Shown here: positions 40,250 to 52,535 of the stretch, piece by piece
Numbering within the stretch: the stretch's first letter is position 1
Layout: the number at the start of each line of letters is the position of its first letter
From: the human T2T-CHM13v2.0 reference genome, Homo sapiens
Length of the DNA stretch: 64,000 bases
Assembly: GCF_009914755.1 (NCBI RefSeq)
Contig: NC_060930.1
Strand: one strand, 5' to 3'
Made by a program: the position numbers and the translations under genes
Notes under the pieces: model-generated
What the model was told of the DNA's origin: nothing
Seen by the model: the letters and a program-made list of their open reading frames with translations, nothing else
Databases searched by the model: none

Positions 40250-42287
40250 CTTTCTACCCTTCTGCTTTTACTCTTCATCCACAGTTCAAAAGACATTCTC
40301 TCTTTACTTCAACAAACAAAATCGTATAGTTCCTACAGTAGTCTGCTTAGCAATTAACCCTGTAATGAAATCCTCTGGGATTATTTCCACATAATAAATT
40401 CCTCATTTTCTAATAATGTATATGCACAGGTTATACCACCACAGCAGCTATTTATGTATCTACTGCTCTATTATAACAGACCTTTTTTTTTAGTTTATCT
40501 CCTGTGCTTCTCAGAAACAAGTTATTCTTATAATCCCTCCATGTCTTGAGCTCACTGTGCCTAGTAATGTCTGCTTAGCTGAACTGAGAAAAACACAGAC
40601 TGTGTCATCCTATTCTTCTCTGCTACGCGGAGTGGCATGTGCAAAGCTCTGTATGCAGCCCAAGCCTACGTCTCATTGGTGCCTTTGTTTACACAGCAAA
40701 CTGTTTCTGACATGTTGGATGCTTGATATTCACACAAATTACAAGGACCACAAATACAAATCATAATTGCAGATGTCATACATTTCAGTGATCTCTGTTG
40801 AAAGATTGAATTTGAGTGGTTTGCACAGCATCCAAGGAATTTTTCCGAGGAAACTTGTGATTAGAATGAGGCTACAATATTCCATCTCTTAGAAGGGTTG
40901 CCAGGAAATGAACATGCTGCATGCATGACAAGCATGAATACTGACAAGCATGAATCCTGAGAATCAGTGGCCTGGAACTCCGCTGGTGTAAGCGTGAAAG
41001 TGCAGGCACTAGACAAGCCCCATAGCAGGCAGTGACATGTGGGTTAGTTTATGAGGAAAAGAATCAACAAACTACTTATTATGTGTATTTTCTCTCCCTT
41101 TTGCTTCTCAGCCTTCTGTTTCAAGTTATTTTTATGCTCATCTCACACTCTCTGTATTTTTCAGACATGCATTAACAAATTAGAAAGATGACTTTGTACT
41201 GGCACTAGAATATTTCTCCTGATGGATGTATCCCCGAAACGCAAGTGTGAAATACATTAGTTTGAAAACAATCACAAGTGGTGAAATTGGTGATTCAGGA
41301 CTTAGGAGGTCAAACATGAAAAAAACAAGGAAAAACCAGAAAGGATTAAAACATCTACAGGGAAAAAACCTATGATGACACACACGGAAAGTGAGAAATA
41401 CCAGTTACAATAGTCAAATTCAAAAGTCAAAAATAGATTCTGCCTCTTTATGGCAGAATCTTATCAATGTAGCACATTTCTGAGGAAGCATTCTCTTCTT
41501 CAAACTGTAGCTATGTCTACAAACAAGTTTAAGGGGAGAAAAGTCTACCAAAAATAACATGAAATTATTATTTTTAAGTGACTTGATGCTAAGTGGCCCC
41601 TGTGACTTAATTTTTCATTTTCAACTAGTTGGTGTACAATCAAGTCAGCTGCTTACATGGACAAAAATGCAATGCACATCTTATTAACAAATATGTGATT
41701 TATGTATTCACTCCTTCTTGATGTGCATTCAGAAGGAATAAAGGATCTTCTTGGGAAAAAAGTGTTTACCACACCTGATAAGTTGCCATTGTTCACCTTC
41801 CAGGTAATTGTGTTATTTTGGTCTTCAAGGCCCTGTGGTACTTGGAAGCAATTCCTTAATAGTCAAACAAGGGCACATTGCCAGGTTTCCATTGTCAACG
41901 TTGCAGAACTTACTACTGTTTAATACTTTGTAGAAGGAGGAATATTTAAACACAAATCTTGTTTCAGGAAAGTGCTCCATAGAAAGTAAGTTGCGGAAAG
42001 TACCAGAGTCATTTCTATCAAAAGATATATTTCAGGATCCGGGATAATTTGCTAAAAATAAAAAATGAGAGAAAATTAAAAGAGAGAGAGAGAGAAAGAT
42101 CTGTTCAGATTTGTTTCAACAACCAGTGGTTTCTACAGGATGTAGAACTTTTCATTAGCCAAGAGAAGGAGAGATCATACTCACACCATATGACTTCCTG
42201 GTGGAAGGTGGAAACCCAGCATTCAGATGATCATTTGAAACATCATCTTCCCCTTTTTGAGATTTTAAAAGATACAAAAAAAAATAC

Positions 42288-42850
42288 ACTCATGACCCAG
42301 CTATTCCACTTTTTAATATATACCCAAGAAAATTAAAAACATATGTCCACACAAATACCCATATGAATATTAATAGCAGCATGATTCATAATAGCCAAAA
42401 AGTGGAAACAACCCACATGTGCGTCAGCTGATGAATGGATTAACAAACGTGATACACTCATACAATGGAATATTATGCAGCATAATAAGGAATGAAGAAC
42501 TGATTCATGCTATAAACAATGAATGAACCCTGGAAACATTATTCTAAGTGAAACGTCAGACACAAAAGGCCACATATTGTATGATTCCATTTGTATGAGG
42601 TGTCCAGGTCAGGCAAATCCATAGAGATGGAAGGTAGATTACGGGTTCCCAGTGGCTGAGAGGAGAGGGAGAACGGCGAGTGAGGGCTAATGGATAATGG
42701 GACTTTTAGGGTGATGATAAACATTTTAAGAACTAGATGTGTGGAAAGTTGCATAACTTTGTGGCTATACTAAAAAAGACTAAATTTTACACTTTAAAGG
42801 GGTAAATGTTATGGTATATGAATTATATCTCAACAAAGAAATTATTCAAA
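42288..42850 (+). mobile_element. L1MB (MB7/8-like) 3' end
   Basis: ATGACCCAGCTATTCCAC..AATAGCCAAAAAGTGGAAACAACCC..TGTATGATTCCATT..GAATTATATCTCAA. Confidence 0.9.
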
Positions 42851-43596
42851 AAATACTCCTGGTACCAAATGACTGTTAACATAAAAGTGACGTTATCACA
42901 TAGATGACTCTGAGACATAGCTCCCAAACACCACATACGTTTTTAAAAGGAAAGAAACCAAAAACGAGCCTATTTCAATATGGTGAAAATTTTAATGAAC
43001 TAAAAAATGTTTGTTTGTGGTTCCTTCCATATAGAGAGCCTCATTTCTCAGCCAATTAAAGCAACTGAACCTAAACTGAAATTACACAGATTCACAGGGT
43101 CTGCGGTGGGCAAGTCTATGGATGGGGCCTGGTTGTCTCTGCCCCTCCTGTCTCATTTCTGGGATTTTCCTGTCGTTTTGTTTGAGTGCCCTTCAGGTAC
43201 TGAGTGCTTTCATGAAGTTGTGCACTCTTCTTTCTCCATGCCTATGTCTGCCTCCACACTGCCTTTGAGAAGAACATCTCTGCTCTCAGCTTAACCAAAG
43301 CTTGAAATTTGGGGTCCCATGTTTTAGCTGCTATCAGTTCAGCCCAAAGAATGACAGGTGAAACTTCAGGCAAGCAGAGAGATATCCTTGTGCTTAGCAA
43401 GAAAAGCAGCACTGAGGAGACAGCTGATAGTGGACTCACTCTTAGTCTTAGCGTGGCATCTGTCCTCTCTGGCAGCATTGGTTGGCCACATCATAGGTTT
43501 AAATGGCTGGATATTCAATATCTCACAGGGAGCAATCTCCAGAAGATTTAATTATATGTAAAAGGCCAGGGAACTTTGGCAGTTTAGTGAACATTT

Positions 43597-43953
43597 TTTT
43601 CTTTCTTCTTTCTTTCTTTCTTTCTCTTTCTTTTTCTCTCTCTTTCTTTCTTTCCTTTTCTTTCTTTCTGATGGAGTCTCGCTCTGTTGCATAGGCTGGA
43701 GTGCAGCGGTGCGATCCCAGCTCACTATAACTTCCGCCTCCCAGGTTCAAGCAATTTTCCTGCCTCAGCCTCCTGAGTAGCTGGGATTACAGGCACCCGC
43801 CACCATACCCAGCTAATTTTTTTTTTATTTTTCAGTAGAGACAGGGTTTCACCATGTTGGCCAGGCTGGTCTCGAACTCCTGACCTCAAGCCATCTGCCC
43901 ACCTCGGCCTCCCAAAGTTCTGGGATTATAGATGTGAGCCACTGAGCCCGGCC
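43597..43953 (-). mobile_element. AluS with (TTTC)n tail
   Basis: Perfect TSD TAGTGAACATTT at 43585-43596 and 43954-43965. Confidence 0.95.
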
Positions 43954-45889
43954 TAGTGAACATTTCTTATGTTAAACCAAATGCTATTCAATAAGTTTTA
44001 GCTTCAAGTGGGCTGAGTTTCACATCATTATGAATGAGAAATTTAAGGGGTAGACCCTATGCTGCCCTCACAATCATCCCTTCATTCCCTCTTCCTTTAA
44101 GATGTTTTCTGCCTAGGAGGTTACTCAGGCCCTTGCACATGTGGTCTCCTGGCAGCAGATCCATCTCTGACATTTGCAGCCGGTGCAAGAATACAGATGG
44201 AGGCCTCCACCCTTCCAACTCATAGTTTGCCCCTTTTATGTTCTTAGCTGCTGCTCAGTCCTGCAACTTGACCCCCATGCACACTCATGTGTATGTGAAC
44301 ATTGCAGCTGCAACCCGGGAGCCTGCAAAGAGTTGCCTTTTGGACTTTCTCAGGTTAGGAGTGCAGTTAACAGCTGTAATGCTGTGACTTGAAGAGTAGC
44401 CCACACAGGCTGTGGAAGGGCTAGGGTATTTGGGAGAGAAAGTTCAGAGTTCAAGGTACCCAAAGCAAGGACTAGAAGGGGGTGCCTTGGTTCCAGGTGG
44501 GCATGTCTCTTTGGCTTCATGGGTCTCTCTCCTCTTAAAACAAAAGCAGGCACCTCAGGCTAGGATACCATTTGCCTGGGTCCAAGGGAAGAACTGTCTG
44601 GAAATCTTATTCCACCAGTCTTTCAGCCAGATCCAGCCACGGAGCTGTGTCTTAACCCTGAGAGGAAGCAGAGCTATGCCTTAAGCCAGCTCCTTAATCT
44701 ACACCATTTTCTTTGCAACTGGACACATTTTATTAATATCTGTATCTATACTAAATAGGAAAGAGGACCCTGGCTAATTCTCTTGTTAGAGTAAGACAAG
44801 AAGTCCATGAGATTTGGGGAAACCAGGCCAAGGTTTGGGTCCAAAAGAGGCCTCCTTCAAACACATACACACCCGTTTTTCCACATGTGAGTAATTACTA
44901 AACTCTCTTTGGCCCTCACCAAGACAACCAGCAGGACTCAGGAGTTTAATGAATTGTTCTCACTTCCACGGAGCAGTAAAATTGAGTTTTTATTTATTAG
45001 AAACTTAAAATGGTTTTTAACTCTGTGGGAGTAATTTAGAAATTGGTGTGAAGTGTAATTGATTTTTATAAACATGCATATTGTAGATTTTTCATTAATA
45101 AGCATTTGCATTGTAATTTGTTTGTGCATGAGTGCCCTGGACTTTCCAGATGCTAATGAACAAAGTGCTGGAGTGTGCTTTCTACAAAGCGAAATTCATT
45201 ATTTTCATTTTTATTTTTAACTCTTTTCTCAAAGTGAGAACAAGAGAAAGCTATTGGAAAGATAATTTCTAGAAAGAAAGGTGAACTCAGCTCTTTTTGA
45301 TAATTATGTTTTCCCCCTCAATCTTGTTTAACAAAAGCTGAAGAACTTGTCTGTCACACTCCTGATACTTTCTCTAATTAGTCCTGGCTTCATATATATG
45401 TGTATATACACACATATGAAATACTCTTTCATGTATATATGAAAAGACTATTTAGAATGATTATTTATACTGCATATAATTAAGTAGGGCTGTGTCCTGG
45501 TCTATAATCACTAGAGACACCCTTCTGAGAAAATACTCCTGACTTAACCACACAATTTATTCTACATTGTAGTGCCTTCAGGGATACACCCTTCTGGAGT
45601 ACATTAGTTTTCTCAGACAGACCAGAAATGATTACCAAGGGAGGAACCTCTTCCAATAAGCCCTCTTTTCATTTCTTTGATATGTGTGCATCGATCCCTA
45701 AGTCCTCATCTGGACTGCTACCTTAATTTGCAGAGCCCAAGTGAAAACACACACACAAAAAACCCTCAAAGTCCCTTCAAAAAGCAGGGGTGGTGGTGGT
45801 GGGGAGGTGTGGAAGATTTCCTTTCTTTCTCTTTTGGCCTGTCATGGGGTCTCTTACTTGCTATTTAATTTCATGCTCTCTTTGATACA

Positions 45890-46170
45890 GGGGTATTCAC
45901 AGGGTGAGTGCAGATGGTCTCAGGTAGCTCAGGCCTGCCCAGCCACTTGGTGCATGGGGTGTGTGCACCCAGCTTCCACGCCCCCTGCAGGCCCAGGCCC
46001 CTGCCTGCCCAAATGGCTGTAGTCACTGGAAGGGGGTTGGGGAGCAGAGAGTGGAGGGGTGGGAGATAATGAGAGTGGATGAGGAAGCTCCTCACCCCCT
46101 GTTCCATTGTCCTTCTGGACTTCACTTACAAAACACAAACTCCAAGATTAAATTGTTATGCATTTTAAGG
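45890..46170. mobile_element. MER45B/C-like fragment
   Basis: CTGGACTTCACTTACAAAACACAAACTCCAAGATTAAATTGTTA resembles MER45B/C; GC-rich body. Confidence 0.5.
45977..45993 (-). promoter_or_regulatory. Candidate CTCF motif
   Basis: Minus strand reads GGCCTGCAGGGGGCGTG, close to the CTCF core. Confidence 0.45.
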
Positions 46171-46402
46171 GGATTCACCCATGAAAGATGGGCAACTCTC
46201 CTGTTATAAAAGAAGTCCACAGAAGGCTCCATAACTTCTGTGCCAGGTCAATAGTGCTCTGATTTCCTTTCTTTCTGCCCCCAGTGATTATCCAGGGACT
46301 ACAGATGGGGTCAGCAGCATGCCCAGTCACCTGCATTGTCTAATGAATGGCTGACTGCCTCAGCATCCCCTGGGCAGAGGTGAGGAGGACTTGTTTACAG
46401 CC

Positions 46403-46758
46403 TGATATGGTTAGACTTTGTGTCCCCACCCAAATCTCATCTTGAATTGTAATCCCCACGTGTTGAGGGAAGGAAGTGATTGGATTATGGGGGTAGTATC
46501 CCCCATGCTGTTCTCATGATAGTGAGTGAATTCTCACGAGATCTGGTGGTTTTATAAATGATAGTTTTTCCTGCACTCTCACATGCTCTCTGTTGCCTAC
46601 CACCATGTAAGACAGGCTTGTTTCCCCTTCTGCCATGATTGTCAGTTTCCTGAGGCCTTCCCAGCCACGCAGAATTGTGGGTCAATTAAACTTTTTTCCT
46701 TTATAAGTTACCCAGTCTCTGGCAGTTCTCTATAGCAGTGTGAAAACAGACTAATACA
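46403..46758 (+). mobile_element. THE1D-like solo LTR
   Basis: TGATATGGTT..CCCCACCCAAATCTCATCTTGAATTGTA...GTCAATTAAAC...GACTAATACA; TSD CAGCC/CAGCT. Confidence 0.93.
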
Positions 46759-46800
46759 CAGCTTAATTCTGGATTTATCTTAGCCTTCACTCCTCAAGCA

Positions 46801-46925
46801 GTCCAGGCATGGTGGCTCACGCCTGTAATCCCAGCACTTTGGGATTGATCCCTTGAGGCCAGGAGTTTGAGAACAACCTAGTGAGACTTCATCTCTACTG
46901 AAATCAAAAATTTAAAAAAATTAAT
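46801..46925 (+). mobile_element. Alu left monomer with deletions
   Basis: GTGGCTCACGCCTGTAATCCCAGCACTTTGGGA...TCTCTACTGAAA. Confidence 0.85.
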
Positions 46926-46984
46926 AAAATGTGAAGCTCCCACTCCATAGTTTAATGACACATGCACTATTATGTGGTTTTACT

Positions 46985-47640
46985 TTTCTCATGGAAAAGC
47001 TATACATTACAGAAAATGCAAAACATCGAGAACAGAAGAAAACAAATCACCAGAATTGCCATCTTACTGTCCAGAAATAATTACTTAGCATTTTAGCATA
47101 TGTAGTTTGGTCTTTTTACATATACGGCTATGGTGCATATGTTATTGAGATATTGTAAATATTGCTTTAAAACACACTTTCATTCACTCAATAATACACC
47201 ATGAATATCTTCCATATATTATTATTAATCTAAAACATTATTTGAAAACTTTTGGGTGCATACCACTCACCTGGGAGCATGTGGGAAATAAAGATTCTGA
47301 AGTCTCTCACTCGCAGAGATCCTCATTCATAATCTCAGATGATGACTCATAAATCTGATATCTGCCTTTTGAAGAAGCACCCCAGAAGATTCTGATGGAG
47401 GTGATTCTCAGAGCTTGCTCTGACATACACTGATCTACAATATGCTTTTAAAATGCTGCACTGTGTTCCATCATATAGGTGTGCCATAATTTATTAAACC
47501 AGTTTCATATTGTTCATTTGACATTAGTTTCTAAATTTTCACGTGCATGATTAATTCTTCATATACATCTTTCTGAACATCTCTAATTATTTCCTTAGGA
47601 AAATTCTGCAAAGTGGAATTACTGGGTCAAAGGGAATGTA
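46985..47640 (-). mobile_element. L1ME-type 3' fragment, interrupted by a MER5-like MITE (~47250-47432)
   Basis: GTGCCATAATTTATTAAACCAG..ATTATTTCCTTAGGA..AAGTGGAATTACTGGGTCAAAGGG. Confidence 0.7.
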
Positions 47641-47755
47641 AACCTGAGCAAAGTAGATGGTAGTGTGAATGAAAAAGCAAATCAGTAAGCTGTAAAACAC
47701 TACACTAATATGATAGAACAGCTGCCATTTATTGAGGGACTTTTGTAAACCCGGC

Positions 47756-47945
47756 CAGGGGTTCTTAAATTTTCTTGTGAATCAGAATCACCTGGATGGC
47801 TTGTTAAAACCAGGTTGCTGCTACCTTCTCTCCATCCCAGTTTAATTCATTAGGTCTGTGATGGGACTGGGAATTTGCAATTCTAAGAAGTTTCCAGGTG
47901 ATGCAGATACTGGTCCTAGGCCAGGCCACACTTTGGACACCACTA
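47756..47945. mobile_element. MER5A inside a minus-strand MIR
   Basis: CAGGGGTTCTTAAA..ATCAGAATCACCTGGA..GAATTTGCAATTCTAA..CCACACTTTGG..CACT. Confidence 0.8.
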
Positions 47946-49404
47946 GACACTATTCTAGGTGTCTTATTAAACTTCACAGCAGTCTTTACAGTTGATGATT
48001 GAGATGCAGAGAGGGTCTAAGGTTATGAAGCTAATGCTGGCAGAGCTGGGATTTGATTCAAAATTTGATGATTCAAAAGCTGATGGTTTTCCCACCAGGC
48101 AACCTGGTTTCTTCATTTTACTGCCCTCAAATAAAATATTTTAGATGTCTTCCTAACAAGCACTGAAGGTTTCAGTGTCAGCGCCACCCCTCCCCCACTC
48201 CAATCTATTAGGGATACATAAGGGAGGAGAGAGGTTAGGAATTGTTTGGCTGAGAAATTCCTCAGGGGAAACTGGTTGGATGAGTTACACTCCACCATTC
48301 ACATCAATATGAAGGGTTGCCTCCCTGTCCTGCTGTGGCCTCAATGACATGTGGACATCAAGAGAATAATTTCTCATCTCTTACTGCAACCACATAATAA
48401 TCCTTCCTTGGAAGAGAGATCTGTCTTCTCTAAAAACCACCTCCAACCTTCTCCACACAATGGCTTAAATAACCTGTTTGTTCAGGCAGCTCAGAAAACA
48501 AATTTCATCAGTGCAGAAAACAAAGCACTCCTATCAAACTGGTTGGTTAATGATACCCAGCACAGCAAACACCCAGCGGATTGGCAGAACATGAGCCAGG
48601 TTGGCTTCTAACAGACACAGCTTAAGACGCCCAGAATCACCAAGTGAATCAGACACATTTCATAACTAAAGACACCTGAAGACCTAATTATGCAAATTTT
48701 ACCTGTTTGTTAGCTTGGGATCTGGCCGTCCTGCAGTCTTTCCGTGTGTTGATGGTTGTGTGTGAAGATTATTTGTGCATCATTTAGTCTGCATTTATTC
48801 ATCTTGTGAGCTGAGGATTCTGCTAAGCACCCTACAAGGAGAAAAGGAATATTGTCTGTTTAAAACGTGTTTTGTGTGGCTTCTTGGATAGTGTCCCTGG
48901 ATGTGGGTACCTGAGAACAATCCATCCTTACTGTTCCATTTCCTAATGGAAAATGCACTACTTCCATCCATGTGAAATATAAATTTAGTCTGGGATGCTT
49001 TATCATGTAAGACAAGGCAGGCTATGCATTCCAAGAGATATTTTGTCTAGAGATGATAAGGAGCATTGCACGGTCTTTGGCTTTATTATTTTCAACAACC
49101 CCCTAACTGGATAAGGCAAGGTTTTAGGTCAACAAGTCTTGGGAAGTCTGCAGAGGAACTAGCATTTATAATCTGAGTTGCTCCAGCTGCCAGAAGTAGT
49201 GTCAATAATTGACTGTTTCGTGGCTGAAGGACTATAGTAGTTATAATTGTCTGACATAAGAAATATTCAGTGACATAAGGCATTTTGTATAATGAAAAGA
49301 ATTAACATTCCTACTGGATTGTTGTCTTTCAGGAATGCATTCAAGACATTTCTATATTAGGTAAGAAATTTGATTAAGAGCCTCTCTCTCTCATATGAAT
49401 GGTC

Positions 49405-49727
<323 letters not shown>

Positions 49728-50609
49728 TGAATCATCTTAAAGGAGGAGTTAAAGGGGGTGCACGAGGAACAAGAATCACAACTCCAAGGGAGTTTCGGGG
49801 TAGGACATGGGAGAGAGGCTTCAGGTGTGTCAGGAATATATAATCTGTAAAACCACAGCATCTTCCTTCTTACAAACAATGCTTTCAGTTTTTGCACTGC
49901 ATTTAGTGTCTTTCACTGCAGAACTTTTCCCCAAACCCAGCAATTTACAAATTACCCATTTGTGGAATTTGTTGAAATCTTAGTATGTAGTTGAACCTTA
50001 GCAAACTGGAATCCAATTAGCTAGAATCATTGTAAAAATTCTATTTTTTAAGAAAATATGAGAAAATTACCTAAAACAAACACATATTACTGACTTAGTA
50101 TACAAAAAAGAACTTTTTTTTGAGGATATAGTGCACTTCTAATAGAAATTCAGCTTAATCTATTTTTAGATTATGGTCATTGATAGCTATAACGATTCCA
50201 TAAGAAATTCTTTCATCAAAAGAAAATGTCTTTGCTATTCTACTAAGAAAATGAGTACTAATAGATTTCAGATATATTCTTAGTAATAAAGATGAAAACA
50301 AAAGGAGCTTTCTATTTACCACTGATATAGCCACCAAGTATAATTAGCCAGTGTACTCTAGTTACCTATGGTATATGAAAAATTCAACCTATCGATCAGT
50401 AATCATACCATGAATACCAAGTACTGTTGGCAAAATTAATATTATATAGATCAGAAAATATAGCCCTAACATTCCCAGATACTAGTGTTAAGTAATCATT
50501 AGTGTTTTAAAGCTTTACATTGCACTACATATGTATAAGGAGGTGTGAGCCAAATGTCTCTGGGAATGTCACAATCATATTTCCAGAGTCAAACTTATTT
50601 GAATATGGA

Positions 50610-50860
50610 GGCAGTGAGGAGTCATGTGTAATACTTGGGCTCCTACATCTGGGTTCAGAGTCTCTGGGCTCCTCTGCTTTCATGGCTCCCCAGATACATG
50701 CCCTCGGGCAAATCATTTCCCTCTGTTCTCTGCAAAATGGGCAGGGCAAGCATCAAGGTTGCAGAGGTGTGAAGATTTAGGGAGATAACGTGAATGAGAT
50801 GCTTTTCACAAAGCCTGGCACTGAGGAAGCACCAAATTAAGCCTTAGCTATGATTATTAA
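50610..50860 (+). mobile_element. MIR
   Basis: CCTCGGGCAAATCATTTCCCTCTG..CTGCAAAATGG..GTGAAGATT..GAGATAACG..GCCTGGCAC. Confidence 0.7.
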
Positions 50861-51034
50861 ATTTCCATTTGATTATTCATGCTGTGAATGTATAGATCTG
50901 TGTATTTTTTAATTTAAAGGGAAACTGACCATTTGTAGTAAATGTCTGCAAAGTAACATGTAGTTTAGCAATAAATACTTAAGAATCAGACTAACAAAAA
51001 ATATTTGGTATTAACACAAAGTTTTACATAGCTA

Positions 51035-51178
51035 TTTATTTACTTATATATTTATGAGGCAGGATCTTGCTCTGTCACTCTGGCTGGAGTAGCAAGTGCC
51101 ACTACATATGGCTAATTTTAAATTTTAAAATTAATTAAATTTAAAGCAAGTGCCACTACATATGGCTAATTTTTCATC

Positions 51179-51209
<31 letters not shown>

Positions 51210-51323
51210 GACAGGGTCTCACTATGTTGCCCAGGCTAGCCTTGAACTCATGGTCTCAAGTAATCCTTCTGTCTTGGGCTTCCAAAGTCCTGGGATTATA
51301 GACATGAGCTACCAAACCTGGCC
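51035..51323 (-). mobile_element. AluJ with right-arm deletion and a 29-bp duplication
   Basis: GGCTGGAGT jumps to AGCAAGTGCCAC; T28 linker; intact left arm. Confidence 0.9.
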
Positions 51324-51329
51324 AGCTTT

Positions 51330-51880
51330 ATAATTTTTAAAATGAAGTATATAAAGACCTAAATGAATTTTTTCAAAAGGCTCAACAATCTTTCAAACAT
51401 ACAGAGTTGATTAAAAACACTCATTATAAATAAGAATAAAAAGTTACCTATCTATACGCAAGGTAGAAAACTGAAACCATACGAACAGATAGTAACTGAG
51501 CAGTAAAGGTCTTCCTTGACCTTTATAAAACTTCCCCTTTCTCCCACAAGTATTTGTATATCTTTCTAGAATTTTTTAATGTATCTACAAGCATAAAAAT
51601 CTGTGTGTATTTATTCACAAATGGAATCACTATATCCACTATTTTTCATCTGGATATTTTTAACTTGAAAGTATATCTTAAAGATACTCCCATACCTTTA
51701 AAAGATGCATGGTATTCTATCATATAGATATTTCATAATTCATGAAACTTGATAAAAATTCCTAAATGATGATGTTAGAGTTCCAGGTTTTTTCTTCTCA
51801 CAACGAAAACTGGAAAATGTAGCTTTGTACCTATATGTGTGTTTTTGTAGGTAAATAAGGATGAATTCCCAGCAGTGAAG
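51330..51880 (-). mobile_element. L1ME-type 3' fragment
   Basis: CACAAATGGAATCAC..GCATGGTATTCTATCATATAGATA..GAATTCCCAGCAGTG. Confidence 0.6.
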
Positions 51881-52196
51881 ATTTAGCAGAACACGTTAAT
51901 GACACTTTAAAAACAAAGTTAAAATACACATTTAATGAGATTACTCAGGGCAGATTGTTAAGTTTGTGGATCACCCAGGTCCTCTCCTTTCCTCCTTACT
52001 AGACATTATATCTCGCTAGAGATTAACTTGGGGCATATAGTTTTGAAGCCAAGAGCTTAGGACATTGGACCCCCACCATTTACTAGCAAGACAAAGTAGT
52101 TACATTCTCTGAGCCTAGTCCTGCCTGTTGGGGTTATTGTGAGAATCAAATGAGATGTTGAAAATCAGCATTGAACACAGCATTATTTAGCACTGG

Positions 52197-52535
52197 TGTT
52201 TTAGTCCATTCTGCTATAACAAAAAACCCAAACTGGGCGGCTTGTAGACAATAGAGATTTATTTCTCACAGTTCTGGAGACTGAGAAGTCCAAGATCAAG
52301 GTGATGGCAGATTCAGTGTCTGATGAGGGCTCACTTCCTCACAGACAGCACTTTCTTACCGGCAGGAGGTGCCAGGGGTTTCTCTAGGCCTTTTTTGCAA
52401 GAGCACTAGTCCCATTCCTGTGGGCTCTGCCCTCACGTCCTAATCACCTCCCAAACGCCCTGTTGCCTAATCACCTTGGGGATTACGATTTCAATATATA
52501 AATTTTGGAGGGACAAAAACCTTCAGTTCATTGCA
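52197..52535 (-). mobile_element. MLT1A0-like solo LTR inside a MIR
   Basis: TGTTTTAGTCCATT..TTTATTTCTCACAGTTCTGGAG..GTCCAAGATCAAGG..TTGCA; TSD ACTGG/ACTGC. Confidence 0.9.

Noticed and set aside
40910-40940. p53-like element starting GAACATGCTG
   Set aside because: Only one good half-site; neighbouring decamers fit RRRCWWGYYY poorly
48690-48697. Octamer ATGCAAAT, and isolated AP-1 sites (744, 17247, 47343, 59531)
   Set aside because: Single short motifs without supporting context
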